Shown here one piece after another: positions 10,161 through 19,206 of a stretch of 64,000 nucleotides of DNA. The position numbers and the translations under genes were made by a program. Position 1 is the stretch's first letter; every line of letters begins with the position of its first letter. This stretch comes from a bacterium. GTDB taxonomy: Bacteria; RBG-13-61-14; DATKZS01. The notes beneath the pieces are model-generated. The model saw nothing but the letters and a program-made list of their open reading frames with translations. It made no database searches and was not told where the DNA came from. The stretch is from the NCBI GenBank assembly GCA_963674965.2, contig CAXXFL010000001.1:768001-832000 (forward strand), written 5' to 3'.

Positions 10161-11964
10161 TGATCCTGAGCCTTTGCCGCCTGGCCAATATTTCGTCCAC
10201 CGCGGCGCGGTCCGCCGGGTGGGTCCCGTACCATACCGACTCGAAAACCCTGGCCGACTCGGAAAAGGTCTCTAGAAGCTCGGGGGCCTCGTGGGACCGC
10301 CTGGCCAGCTCGAGCATGTAGTCGCGGTTGGATTTGAACTTGGCGATGAATACAAGACCGTCCCTGGACAACTGGGCCAGGGTCGCCAAAAAGACGGCCC
10401 GGAGGGCCAGCCGGAACTCCGCTTTTTCCATGAGCTCCCTGGCCAGGGCTATCCACTCGTCCTCGGGCAGGTCGGCGGCCGTGGTTCGCTCGTCCTCCAG
10501 GTCGGGGGGCGCCGCCATGGCCTCGGCCTCGATTTGATGCGTCTCTCCCTCCCCGCGCTTTTGCCAAAGCCGGAGGAGAAAAATAGCCGCCACGCAAAGA
10601 ACGACGGCCACGAGTACGTAGAAAAGCACCTGAATAAAGCCGCTGAAATCCGGCATGGAGAAAGAGCCGTCATGATTGAGCGGGACTTGTCGCTGGGGGA
10701 ACAGGTCCCGGAACCAATCTCGGATATCCTTCAGCCATTCCCCCGCGGTCTTGCCCCATTTCTTGATCGTTTCCGACAGGCCCCGTAAAAAGGAACTTAT
10801 GATGCCTTCCCGTTCCTCGGGCGCGATACGGGGCATGCGCCATTTGTATCTTCTTTCCTCAAGCTCGGACGCGATGGCCCGGTCCAGTTCCTCGGCCCTC
10901 GAGCCGGCCGCGACTTTTTCTCCCGGCTGGTCATTGTCTTGCGCCAGGGAAAGGGAGGGAGAAAAAAGAGTTGAAGCGGTTAGGGCGAACAAGACCGCGG
11001 CCAGGGTGGCCCGGGTCCTCTTGTGGGACAGGCGCTTAATCTCGATCTTCAGGTCCTCCCCCGTTTTAAGGGAGCTTCCATAAAAGCACCTCAGCACGTA
11101 TGCGGCCTTGATGAAGGGGTCCATGCAAAGATAGGTGACGCCGCAGGTGACCGCGTAAAAGGAAGCGTTATACAAGGCCCCGGGGTTCTCGTGGTAGGGA
11201 GTGCTCACGCCCAGGAGCATGTGGAGAAGAGTCGGCATGATGGATATGGCGACCCCCACGTTGACGGCGACCAGTATTCCAAAGGGGCTTAGTAGAACGA
11301 ACATCACGCCGAAAATAAAGCTGAACAGGCCGATGAAAACGTCGGCCCAGTCCGGCGAGGCGGCGGCCGTCGAGGGAATGAGAACAAGGAATACTCCCGC
11401 CGCCGCGACCACTAATATCGGGCTCAGCACCCAGATGATCACGGCGTTTTGCCGCTTCCACAAGGAAGCCTGATACAGGGCGCGGCCGACCAGGTCGCGG
11501 ATCGTCCCCTTTTCTCCGTCGTCCATTACCGTGAAGTTCTGAAAAAAGGCGTAGGCGCCGGGAAAGAATATGACGAAGGGAAGCGTGATGGTCATGGCGA
11601 ACAGGCCGATGGGCTGGATGGCCGCCTGCCTCGCGGCCAGGCGCATGAACCTTATCAGGCTGGGCCTGGGAGGCTCGTCTCCCAGCAACTGCCTTCTTAG
11701 GTCTCCCGCGTAAATCGACTGCCACGTCTTCATCCAGGGGAACAGGATGGCCAGGGCAATGGCGGCCCGGGGCAGCGTAATATGGGCGTCGGCGCTTTTG
11801 CCCATGTCGGCCCAGAAAAATAATAGCGCCAGCACGAAGGGAGCCGAGCCTATGAAATAGGCCAGCAGCGCCCGGGGCGGAGAAAGACGGACGAGATGGA
11901 AGGCCTCCTCGATAATGTCGAAGGGCGGCATGCCGTCGAAAAATTTCTTCCTCGGCCTCAGCAT
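10144..11964 (-). CDS. Multi-pass membrane protein with C-terminal DUF4129-like domain
   Basis: Many TM segments; C-terminal FRLALRAVFLATL...KSNRDY...FESVWYG; TAATG overlap with the upstream gene. Confidence 0.78.
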   Translation of the reverse strand: MLRPRKKFFDGMPPFDIIEEAFHLVRLSPPRALLAYFIGSAPFVLALLFFWADMGKSADAHITLPRAAIALAILFPWMKTWQSIYAGDLRRQLLGDEPPRPSLIRFMRLAARQAAIQPIGLFAMTITLPFVIFFPGAYAFFQNFTVMDDGEKGTIRDLVGRALYQASLWKRQNAVIIWVLSPILVVAAAGVFLVLIPSTAAASPDWADVFIGLFSFIFGVMFVLLSPFGILVAVNVGVAISIMPTLLHMLLGVSTPYHENPGALYNASFYAVTCGVTYLCMDPFIKAAYVLRCFYGSSLKTGEDLKIEIKRLSHKRTRATLAAVLFALTASTLFSPSLSLAQDNDQPGEKVAAGSRAEELDRAIASELEERRYKWRMPRIAPEEREGIISSFLRGLSETIKKWGKTAGEWLKDIRDWFRDLFPQRQVPLNHDGSFSMPDFSGFIQVLFYVLVAVVLCVAAIFLLRLWQKRGEGETHQIEAEAMAAPPDLEDERTTAADLPEDEWIALARELMEKAEFRLALRAVFLATLAQLSRDGLVFIAKFKSNRDYMLELARRSHEAPELLETFSESARVFESVWYGTHPADRAAVDEILARRQRLRINGARQ

Positions 11965-12287
11965 TATTCCATGAATCCCTTTTTCCATACCTGTCCCTCA
12001 TGGAAGGACGAGGGAAGGTTTAAAAGCGACTGGCCAACCAGCAGGAAGAAAAGCCAGGCCAGGATAACGCCAAGGGCCATCTGAAGAGCGGCCGCGGCGA
12101 AGCCAAATCTGGAGAAGCGGCGAGACTTGCCCTCCGCGATCTTGGCCAGGCAGGCGGCGCACACCATGCGGTGCTCGTGCTCGGTCACGCACTCGCGGCA
12201 GAAATAGTTGCCGCACTCGAGGCATTGGGCGGCGGCTTCCCTATCCGCGTGGTTGAAGCACCGCTGGCCGGCAAGGACTCGCTCCAT
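11964..12287 (-). CDS. B-box-type zinc finger protein with C-terminal TM
   Basis: CFNH..REAAAQCLECGNYFCRECV...VCAAC followed by a hydrophobic helix. Confidence 0.8.
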   Translation of the reverse strand: MERVLAGQRCFNHADREAAAQCLECGNYFCRECVTEHEHRMVCAACLAKIAEGKSRRFSRFGFAAAALQMALGVILAWLFFLLVGQSLLNLPSSFHEGQVWKKGFME

Positions 12288-13075
12288 TATTCCTCCTCCT
12301 TGCCGGGCGCGGGATTGGACGGACCGGGAACCGCGCCGGTCCCGCCGTCCGTCCGGTAATAGTCGTCAAGCGACGGCCGCGCCGGGGCCCCCGTCTGGGC
12401 CTGGGGCCATCCACCCGGGGGCGGGGCCGCGGTAGTCTGGGGGCCTTGCCACGCCGGTCCTTGCGCCTGGCCCGGGTAAGAGGGCTGAGCCGCCTGGTTA
12501 GTCTGGCGAGGCTGATAGCCGTAAAAGGCGAAAGGCGAGGCCATAACGTCGATCCTGACGTCAGGATACCGGTCCAAAACGTCGCTCGCCAGCCGGCCCT
12601 GCGAGCGCTCGATGAGCGGAACCAGAATGGCCAGGGTCTTCTCGGCCATCCTCACGCGGGAGAGGGAATAGAGCCTCTCGACCTGGACCGCCGTGTGCAC
12701 CCGCGTCACGCAGGTCGGTCCCATGGCCGCGGTTGCAAGGGCCATGATAAGCGGCACAAACGCGATTATGCTGAAGATGGCCCCGGGGACCGCGTTGGTT
12801 TTGATGGCGGCGAAAAAGATCATGGCCAAAAAGGCGAAGAAGGCGGCCGCGACGACAAGCCCGATGATGACGTAAAGGTTGGTCCGTGTCCGGGTCACGG
12901 TAATGGCCTGCACGTCGTTAAAATAAAACCTCTTGCACTCCTCGGTGAACTGGTTCCTTTTGAGGAAAACCAAATGATCGCTAGCCATCCACAGTTCGTA
13001 CCGAGCGGAGTTTATAAGATAGAAAAACTCGCGAGGCTTGCCGGGCAGCTTCTTCAGTTTTATATCCTTGGCCAT
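12287..13075 (-). CDS. Hypothetical 2-TM protein with PH-like N-terminus and Pro/Gln-rich tail
   Basis: Tight operon spacing; KRFYFNDVQAITV; two TM helices; P/Q/G-rich C-terminus. Confidence 0.72.
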   Translation of the reverse strand: MAKDIKLKKLPGKPREFFYLINSARYELWMASDHLVFLKRNQFTEECKRFYFNDVQAITVTRTRTNLYVIIGLVVAAAFFAFLAMIFFAAIKTNAVPGAIFSIIAFVPLIMALATAAMGPTCVTRVHTAVQVERLYSLSRVRMAEKTLAILVPLIERSQGRLASDVLDRYPDVRIDVMASPFAFYGYQPRQTNQAAQPSYPGQAQGPAWQGPQTTAAPPPGGWPQAQTGAPARPSLDDYYRTDGGTGAVPGPSNPAPGKEEE

Positions 13076-13077
13076 GG

Positions 13078-13650
13078 TTAGACCCCAAAAACCCTTATGG
13101 CGTAAACGCCCCAAAGAGCCAGGGTAAGAAGGGCGATGGCCATGGCCGCCACGAACCTTATTTTAGTCCTGCCCACGAAGCTGTCCTGCTTTTTCCAGTA
13201 CCTTATGCAGATATATATTACGACGGGCGCCGTTAAAAAGGATACGATCCAGAAAAACATGGATATCAGAGCAATGAACAGGGCTATCGAGTCGTAATAA
13301 TAGTGCTTGGCGGCGGTTTCCTCGATTTTACCGCTTCCCACTCCGCCGCTCACGCAGGAGGGGCAAAGACGGCGTCCGCTCCAGTCGATGCTGCAAAGGT
13401 CGCAAAGGAACCTGCCGCAACCGTCGCAGGCGACGACCGCCTTTTTATTGGGATGGTAAAAGCAGCCGCTTTCGCCGTCTACCACCACGTCCTGTCCCTT
13501 CTTGCCCACCTCGACCTTGAGGAGGGCGGGAAAGGCGTTGGCCGAGACGGCGGACTTGCAGCGCGGACACTCGCCCGACGGACTCGAGTCGATCAGGGGC
13601 AAAGTCATCCAGGTCGAGCAGTTGCCGCAATGTGAGCCTAAATAATACAA
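13078..13650 (-). CDS. Zn-ribbon + B-box zinc finger membrane protein
   Basis: CGNC..CPRC; CFYHPNKKAVVACDGCGRFLCDLC...CPSC; C-terminal TM segments; TTG start. Confidence 0.78.
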   Translation of the reverse strand: MYYLGSHCGNCSTWMTLPLIDSSPSGECPRCKSAVSANAFPALLKVEVGKKGQDVVVDGESGCFYHPNKKAVVACDGCGRFLCDLCSIDWSGRRLCPSCVSGGVGSGKIEETAAKHYYYDSIALFIALISMFFWIVSFLTAPVVIYICIRYWKKQDSFVGRTKIRFVAAMAIALLTLALWGVYAIRVFGV

Positions 13651-13656
13651 GGTTTC

Positions 13657-14694
13657 TTAATACCTCCTGATCACCCTGGTGTTCACGATGAAGTCGTGCA
13701 GGGTCCTTTTTTGCTCGTCGAACAGGGGAATGAAGTATCCCAGGTAACAAGTCATCATGCTGACGAACTCGGAAAGGGTCCGCAGGAAAGCCTTAAGGTA
13801 GGACAACCGGGACCAGTCCGCGTTCACCGCCACCATGCCAAGGGCCATTTTTCCCGGCGTGGCCGCGTACTTGCCGAGAAACAAGGTGTTGTATACGAGG
13901 GGGGTGGCGATCTGGAAGAAATACATGAAGACCATCATGACGATAAAGGCCGGCTCGGGTTTGTCTCCGCTTCCCACCGTGTCGGACACTCCGACTATGG
14001 CGAACATCATCATCATGATTACGACCTGGAACAAGGCGTAGATCATGTAGATAATAAAGGCGTCGATGATCTTGGCCAGGGCCCTTCTCCAGAACTCGGC
14101 GTAGATGGGGACCGCCTGGAGGGGAACGCCCTCCCGGAGTCTCTGGAAAAAGATGGGCTTACACTCGGCGCAAACGTAGTTGTCCTCGTACCTTATCATT
14201 TCCTCGGGGGCAAAGCCCCGGCCGCAGGAGACGCAGGTCGGAAGGCCCCAATTAGCCTGGGGCGAGGCTTGGCCGTGAGCGAGGGAATCGTAGCGTTGCC
14301 AGTTGGCCATGCCGGGGGTCCAGACGAGGGAGTCGCCGCCCACGCGGCCTGACGCGACCAGACGGCCGATCTCCTTCCTCGAGACGGGACCGTTTCTTTG
14401 CTGGCCCACGGCGTAATACCAGTTTGCCGCCTCGTCCTGTTTTTGCTCCGCCTCGGAAGGCGCGGCCCGGGCCGCTATCGGCCTGGCCGGTTCCGCCGGC
14501 GCCTGTACGGGGGCGGCGGGCGCGGCGGGCGCGGCGGAGGAGGGACCGGCCTCGGACCATTTTTTCCAGCCGGCCATTCCCTTTCGCCATACCAGGGTAT
14601 CGGGAGCGATCACTCCCGTCTCGACCAGGGCGTCGAACTCCAGGTCGTCCACCGGGCCCATCCTCTCGTTATTTTTGGCGTAATACCAGGCCAA
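13657..14694 (-). CDS. 2x GYF_2 (DUF4339) - Zn finger - RDD protein (array copy 4)
   Basis: WYY...GPV...I..DTLVW..GM..W twice; CVSC..CAEC; RRALAKIID, ATPGKM, RTLHD. Confidence 0.9.
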   Translation of the reverse strand: MAWYYAKNNERMGPVDDLEFDALVETGVIAPDTLVWRKGMAGWKKWSEAGPSSAAPAAPAAPVQAPAEPARPIAARAAPSEAEQKQDEAANWYYAVGQQRNGPVSRKEIGRLVASGRVGGDSLVWTPGMANWQRYDSLAHGQASPQANWGLPTCVSCGRGFAPEEMIRYEDNYVCAECKPIFFQRLREGVPLQAVPIYAEFWRRALAKIIDAFIIYMIYALFQVVIMMMMFAIVGVSDTVGSGDKPEPAFIVMMVFMYFFQIATPLVYNTLFLGKYAATPGKMALGMVAVNADWSRLSYLKAFLRTLSEFVSMMTCYLGYFIPLFDEQKRTLHDFIVNTRVIRRY

Positions 14695-14853
14695 TAATAG
14701 GTTTCCTCCTTAGGGCTTTAAAGCCCGCGCTCCAGATTACAAATTATAGCCCATGGATACAAGGCCGTCACCCCCGAGGGGCTGTTTTTATTAACGCCTA
14801 TTGGAGCTTAACCTTTTCCCATGCGCTTTATTTTATCCCGTGCTTATAATCCC

Positions 14854-15594
14854 TCAAGGTTTCCGGATAACCCTTGTATCGAGGATTCTATCGTGCAGGG
14901 CTCTTTTTTCGACGTCGAAAGCGGCCATAAAGTATCCGATCATTAAAGTCATCTGACTTACCAGTTCGCCGAATTGCCTTCCAAAGGCGTCCATATAGTC
15001 TATTCTTCCGCCGCCACGTTTTATTACGATCAGACCAAAGAGCATTTTCCCGGGGGTCGCGGAAAATATGCCCAAAAAGAATGTAGTATAGACAAGACCT
15101 AGCGCGAAATAAGGAATATATAAAAAGGCCATATTTAAACCTAAAAGGACAACTGGTCCAAATCCTGTAAATTTTGGTCTTAAGTAGAAAGTGTAAAAAG
15201 ACAGCAGAACGCTAACAATAACAAGGTCCACAATCTTGGCCGCGCCCCGAATCCAGAACCCGGCATAGGAGAAAAAAACCTTCTCTCTTTGCACGCCCTC
15301 CCTGACGCGCTGGAAAAAGACGTTCTTGCATTCGGCGCAAAGGAAAATCCCCTCGTATCGGACCATCTCCTCGGGATTTGCCAGGCGCCCGCATTCGGCG
15401 CAGGGGACGTTCCCCGCGGCGTCGCGTCCGGTAAGGAAGCCGTATGGTCTCCATTGACTCATGCCCGGCCGCCAGACCATAGTGTCATCGGCTATCCTGC
15501 CTTTTTCCACCAGGGCCATGAACTCCCTCTCCTCAACCGGTCCCATCTTCTTGTGCGCTCTCGCGTAATACCAGGCCACGAAAAAACTCTCCAT
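14854..15594 (-). CDS. GYF_2 - Zn finger - RDD protein (array copy 3)
   Basis: WYYA..GPV..DDTMVWRPGMSQW; CAEC..CAEC; RGAAKIVD, ATPGKM, RALHD. Confidence 0.88.
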   Translation of the reverse strand: MESFFVAWYYARAHKKMGPVEEREFMALVEKGRIADDTMVWRPGMSQWRPYGFLTGRDAAGNVPCAECGRLANPEEMVRYEGIFLCAECKNVFFQRVREGVQREKVFFSYAGFWIRGAAKIVDLVIVSVLLSFYTFYLRPKFTGFGPVVLLGLNMAFLYIPYFALGLVYTTFFLGIFSATPGKMLFGLIVIKRGGGRIDYMDAFGRQFGELVSQMTLMIGYFMAAFDVEKRALHDRILDTRVIRKP

Positions 15595-15665
15595 TCAGCC
15601 AAGAGGAGGACAATCCCGGATAGGCAAGATTATTGTTTCTCGATATGCCAAGTAATGGCCACTCC

Positions 15666-16439
15666 TTACCTCTTAATGAACACCCTGGTGTCGCAAAGAC
15701 GATCGTGCAGGGTCCTTTTCTCGTCGTCGAAAATAGCGACGGCGTATCCCGCCAGGCCGCTTAATAAACTTAGATTCTCCGTAAGGACCCTGAAAAAAGC
15801 ACGCCCATAGGTAAGCTTTGTGCCGTCGGACCTAAGGACGATGAGGCCCGAAAACATCTTGCCGGGGGTCGCGGAGTATCTGCCCAGGAAAAACGAGGGA
15901 TACATGATATATGCAATGCTTGCCAGCGCGAAAAGACCGTAATAAAAAACACCGTAACCCCAAATGCCGGTTACAATCTGCCTCAGAAAGAAAAAAGGAA
16001 AGAATAGCAATATAAGATCGGCTAATTTCGCTCCGGCCCTGGATGCAAAATCCGCGTAAGGGGATGAATTAACGGAAATGGAAAAAAAGTACTCCCATCC
16101 ACCTACCCCTTCCCTGGCGCGCTGGAAAAAGGCGGGCTTGCATCCGATGCACACGAATATATCCCGATATGCCAGAGTTTCCTCGCGAGGGATGAAGCGC
16201 CCGCACATGGAACAAAAGACTTCATCGGACTCCGGGTTTTGCGCTTTATAGGCCCCGTAAGTTTGCCATCGATTCATTCCCGGGCGCCAGACCACGGCGT
16301 TAGCTTTTATTCTTCCCTCCGCCGCCATGGCCTTGAATTCCTCATCGCTCAGGGGTCCCCATCTTTGACCCTTGTCCATGAGATACCAGCCATCCCCGGA
16401 AGAGGCGTTTTCATCGGTCAGCTTCTCTTGGGACTCCAT
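15666..16439 (-). CDS. GYF_2 - Zn finger - RDD protein (array copy 2)
   Basis: WYL..WGPL..VVWRPGMNRW; CSMC..CIGC; RAGAKLAD, ATPGKM, RTLHD. Start at ATG 16439. Confidence 0.88.
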   Translation of the reverse strand: MESQEKLTDENASSGDGWYLMDKGQRWGPLSDEEFKAMAAEGRIKANAVVWRPGMNRWQTYGAYKAQNPESDEVFCSMCGRFIPREETLAYRDIFVCIGCKPAFFQRAREGVGGWEYFFSISVNSSPYADFASRAGAKLADLILLFFPFFFLRQIVTGIWGYGVFYYGLFALASIAYIMYPSFFLGRYSATPGKMFSGLIVLRSDGTKLTYGRAFFRVLTENLSLLSGLAGYAVAIFDDEKRTLHDRLCDTRVFIKR

Positions 16440-16453
16440 ATCCAGCTCTTTCC

Positions 16454-17419
16454 CTACTTCTTGTAAAACACCCTGGTGTCGCAAATGTGGTCGTGCAGGG
16501 TCCTTTTTTCGTCGTCGAAGGCGGCGATGATGTATCCGATAAAGCAGGTGATCTGGCTAAGCATTTCGGCGAAATGCCTGCCCAGGGCGCGCCAGTAGGT
16601 GATCCGGATCCCGTCGGGCCGCAGGACTATCAGGCCGCAGGCCATTTTGCCCGGCGTGGCGGCGTATTTGCCCAGGAAGAAGGTGGTGTACGCCGCCGGC
16701 ACGGCAATCTGTAACAGGAAGGAGATCATGAAAAGAAGGATGGGGAAAGGAGCGGGCCCGTTTTCAAGCCCCGAGGAAAAGCTCGTCTGCGCGATTGAAA
16801 AAGGCATCTGTAATAAGAAGTTAACGAAGCCCAGTAGAATATTGTCCAGGAGTTTGGCGGCCACCCTTATCCAGAAGCCGCCATATTTCAGTATTCCCGG
16901 CCGGTCCGCTCCCTCTCGAAGGCGCTGGAAGAAAATGTTCTTGCACTGGGCGCACACGAACTCGCCCTGGTAATTAATCGTCTCGTCGGCGGGAAAGGGA
17001 CATCCGCACTCGGCGCAGAAGACGTCATCTTTCGAGGCCGTTCCCGCCAGTACGCCGTAAGCTTGCCATTGGCTCATGCCCGGGCGCCAGACCAGGTCGC
17101 CGGCCTTGATTTTTCCCGCCGCGACCATGGCCTGAAATTCGCGGTCGCTTACGGGCCCCTTTTTCAGGCCCTGGGACACGTAATACCACTCATCCCGGGC
17201 GGTCGGACCCGCCGGCTCTTCGACCTTGCTTTCGGAAGGGGTCCCCGATGGGGCGGCCTCTTTGGGGGCTTTGACCTCGGAGTACTCCTTCCATCCGTCC
17301 ATGCCCTTGGACCAAACCAGGGTGTCGGGCGCGATGGTCCCCTCGTTGACCAAAAGCTCGAACTCGACTTCGTCAACGGGACCTTGTCTTTTGCCATCCT
17401 TGGCGTAATACCAGTTCAC
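16454..17419 (-). CDS. 2x GYF_2 - Zn finger - RDD protein (array copy 1)
   Basis: Two WYY..GPV..VW..GM..W repeats; CAEC..CAQC; RVAAKLLD, ATPGKM, RTLHD. Confidence 0.9.
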   Translation of the reverse strand: MNWYYAKDGKRQGPVDEVEFELLVNEGTIAPDTLVWSKGMDGWKEYSEVKAPKEAAPSGTPSESKVEEPAGPTARDEWYYVSQGLKKGPVSDREFQAMVAAGKIKAGDLVWRPGMSQWQAYGVLAGTASKDDVFCAECGCPFPADETINYQGEFVCAQCKNIFFQRLREGADRPGILKYGGFWIRVAAKLLDNILLGFVNFLLQMPFSIAQTSFSSGLENGPAPFPILLFMISFLLQIAVPAAYTTFFLGKYAATPGKMACGLIVLRPDGIRITYWRALGRHFAEMLSQITCFIGYIIAAFDDEKRTLHDHICDTRVFYKK

Positions 17420-17532
17420 CGCCGTTTCCCTTTCCTCTTTGGATTAGCGGGCCCCTCGGGGAGATTCGGTTCCGATCGGACTATATCGCCTTCGCCGCGG
17501 CGCGGCTTTTTCAGCCGCTTATTTCGCGGCGC

Positions 17533-18204
17533 TTACTGGACCCACTTGTCCGAGTTTTCCTGGACGCAGAAAGCCTTCATCTGGGAGCACGGCTCCCCAT
17601 GAATGTAATCGTACATCGCCTTGACCTGGGGCCGGAGGACCGGGTCGAACAATGGCATGAGCAGGCCGTTATAGTCCATCACCATGATGGCCTCCCCCGC
17701 GGTAAGCCCCTGGTACTTCATCTGGTAATAAGCGGCCGTCCGGCCCGCCCTGTGGCTGCCGGTGGTGCAGCGGAAAAGAAGACCCGCCTGGTCGTTCCTG
17801 GCCCGCTCGATTTGTTGGTCGAAGTACTCGAGGAAGCCGTCGCTCACGGGCTTGTTGTGGTTTTGCTTGACGTTGTAAATGACCTCGATATCCGGGCACA
17901 CTCCCTCTTTCTGATAGGCCAGCTCGTGTTTCTCGGCCGTGCCCGCCATGACAATGACCCTGTCGATCTGGTAGACCGAGCACCACTTGGAAAAGGTCTC
18001 CTTGTCCGGTTCCCCGCTCCGGTAGAGGCGGAAAGCCTGGCCCTCGCCCGGCGGCGGTCCGTCGATCTGGTGAAGGTTGCCCTCGACCTTGGTGTAACCA
18101 GGGCCGTCCAGAAGCTCGGGCCGGGCCGGGGCCTTGGCGGCGCAGGCCGCGCCCACCAGGGCGGCTATGAAAATGGCGCACAAGATTACGCGAATATTTC
18201 TCAT
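17533..18204 (-). CDS. Putative lipoprotein with Cys-based (CX5R) phosphatase domain
   Basis: Lipobox-like VGAAC after a hydrophobic signal; LYRSGEP; P-loop FRCTTGSHRAG. Confidence 0.75.
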   Translation of the reverse strand: MRNIRVILCAIFIAALVGAACAAKAPARPELLDGPGYTKVEGNLHQIDGPPPGEGQAFRLYRSGEPDKETFSKWCSVYQIDRVIVMAGTAEKHELAYQKEGVCPDIEVIYNVKQNHNKPVSDGFLEYFDQQIERARNDQAGLLFRCTTGSHRAGRTAAYYQMKYQGLTAGEAIMVMDYNGLLMPLFDPVLRPQVKAMYDYIHGEPCSQMKAFCVQENSDKWVQ

Positions 18205-18240
18205 TTTTATTCCTCCGGGAATGACGGCTATTTATCATCA

Positions 18241-18273
18241 GCGGCGAACGACTCTGGGAAAGCCGTTCGCCGC
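18241..18273 (-). terminator. Stem-loop between co-oriented genes (terminator/stabiliser)
   Basis: GCGGCGAACG...CGTTCGCCGC 10-bp perfect stem, extendable with GU pairs on the minus strand; no strong U tract. Confidence 0.4.
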
Positions 18274-18303
18274 ATTTTCTCTCCCCTTCGTCGCTTTATC
18301 AGG

Positions 18304-19206
18304 TTACAGCTTTTTGACGGCCTCGGCAAGCTTTTCAGGCAGCTCGCCTTTCCCGCACTTGTGGACCTCGCTGACCGTCTTTTCCGTCACCCCCGAGAGG
18401 GAGTCCACCAGTTGGAGACTGATAGTATAAGAATCGCCTATCCTTCCTATCTGGCCCACCACCGCCTTCTGGGCGCCCACATCGCGGGCGATGGCGGCCG
18501 CCGTAGCGGGATTGGCCATGTCCTCCTTCTTAATCTTCTTTCGCTTTGCCGCCGCCTCGACCTGACCCTGGTCCACCACGATGTAGTTGCCCGTTGCCCC
18601 GAGCTGGCCCCTAATCGTTATACTCAGCACCTGGGCCTCGTCCTCGGGAACGTTTATTGCCGCCAGGTCCATGACCGCCGTCAACGCCGGCGACTTCTTA
18701 TCCGGCGAGTCAACGGAAACCACGCGCACGGTTATATTGAAGTGGCCCAGGTCGTCGAACCGAAGGGAGTCAAGCTCATTGACGTGAAAACCCAGGTTTC
18801 CGCCCTCGATCACCTCGAAGGTCCCGGCCGACCCCACGCAAAAGGGAGAGGCGTCGCCGATCCTTCCCAGGAGCGCCATGTAGTTGCAGTCCCGCACCAT
18901 CTCCTTGAGAGGGTCGCGGCCCTGGCCGTCGGGACCCCTCGAGAGACGCACGCCGGGGTCTACCAGGCCGTCGGCCGTTATGTTGACCAGGTCGCCCTCT
19001 TTGAGGAATATGCCCGAGTTGATCCAGCCCTGAGTCGGATTAAGATACACCTCGGTCGTGGCCGGCTCCTTGCCGCTCTTGGCCATGACCTCGTAGGACA
19101 CGCTGCGTACCCCGCTGGCGCTTTTGGCCTGAACGACGCTCGAGAAAAGCGCCGCCAAGACGAATGACAATATCAGACCCACCAATGCCTTGCCTTTCAT
19201 ACTCAT
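18304..19206 (-). CDS. Secreted protein: lectin-like beta-sandwich plus CsgG/TolB-N-like C-terminal domain
   Basis: Signal peptide; GWINSGIFLKEGDLVNITADG..ALLGRIG..FHVNE; AAAIARDVGAQKAVVGQIGRIGDSYTISLQLVD. Confidence 0.65.
   Translation of the reverse strand: MSMKGKALVGLILSFVLAALFSSVVQAKSASGVRSVSYEVMAKSGKEPATTEVYLNPTQGWINSGIFLKEGDLVNITADGLVDPGVRLSRGPDGQGRDPLKEMVRDCNYMALLGRIGDASPFCVGSAGTFEVIEGGNLGFHVNELDSLRFDDLGHFNITVRVVSVDSPDKKSPALTAVMDLAAINVPEDEAQVLSITIRGQLGATGNYIVVDQGQVEAAAKRKKIKKEDMANPATAAAIARDVGAQKAVVGQIGRIGDSYTISLQLVDSLSGVTEKTVSEVHKCGKGELPEKLAEAVKKL

Noticed and set aside
13657-17419. Diversity-generating retroelement behind the RDD paralog repeats
   Set aside because: No reverse transcriptase and no TR/VR pair with adenine-specific differences.
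17599-19167. 522-aa plus-strand ORF
   Set aside because: Antisense to two well-supported genes; no recognisable motifs.
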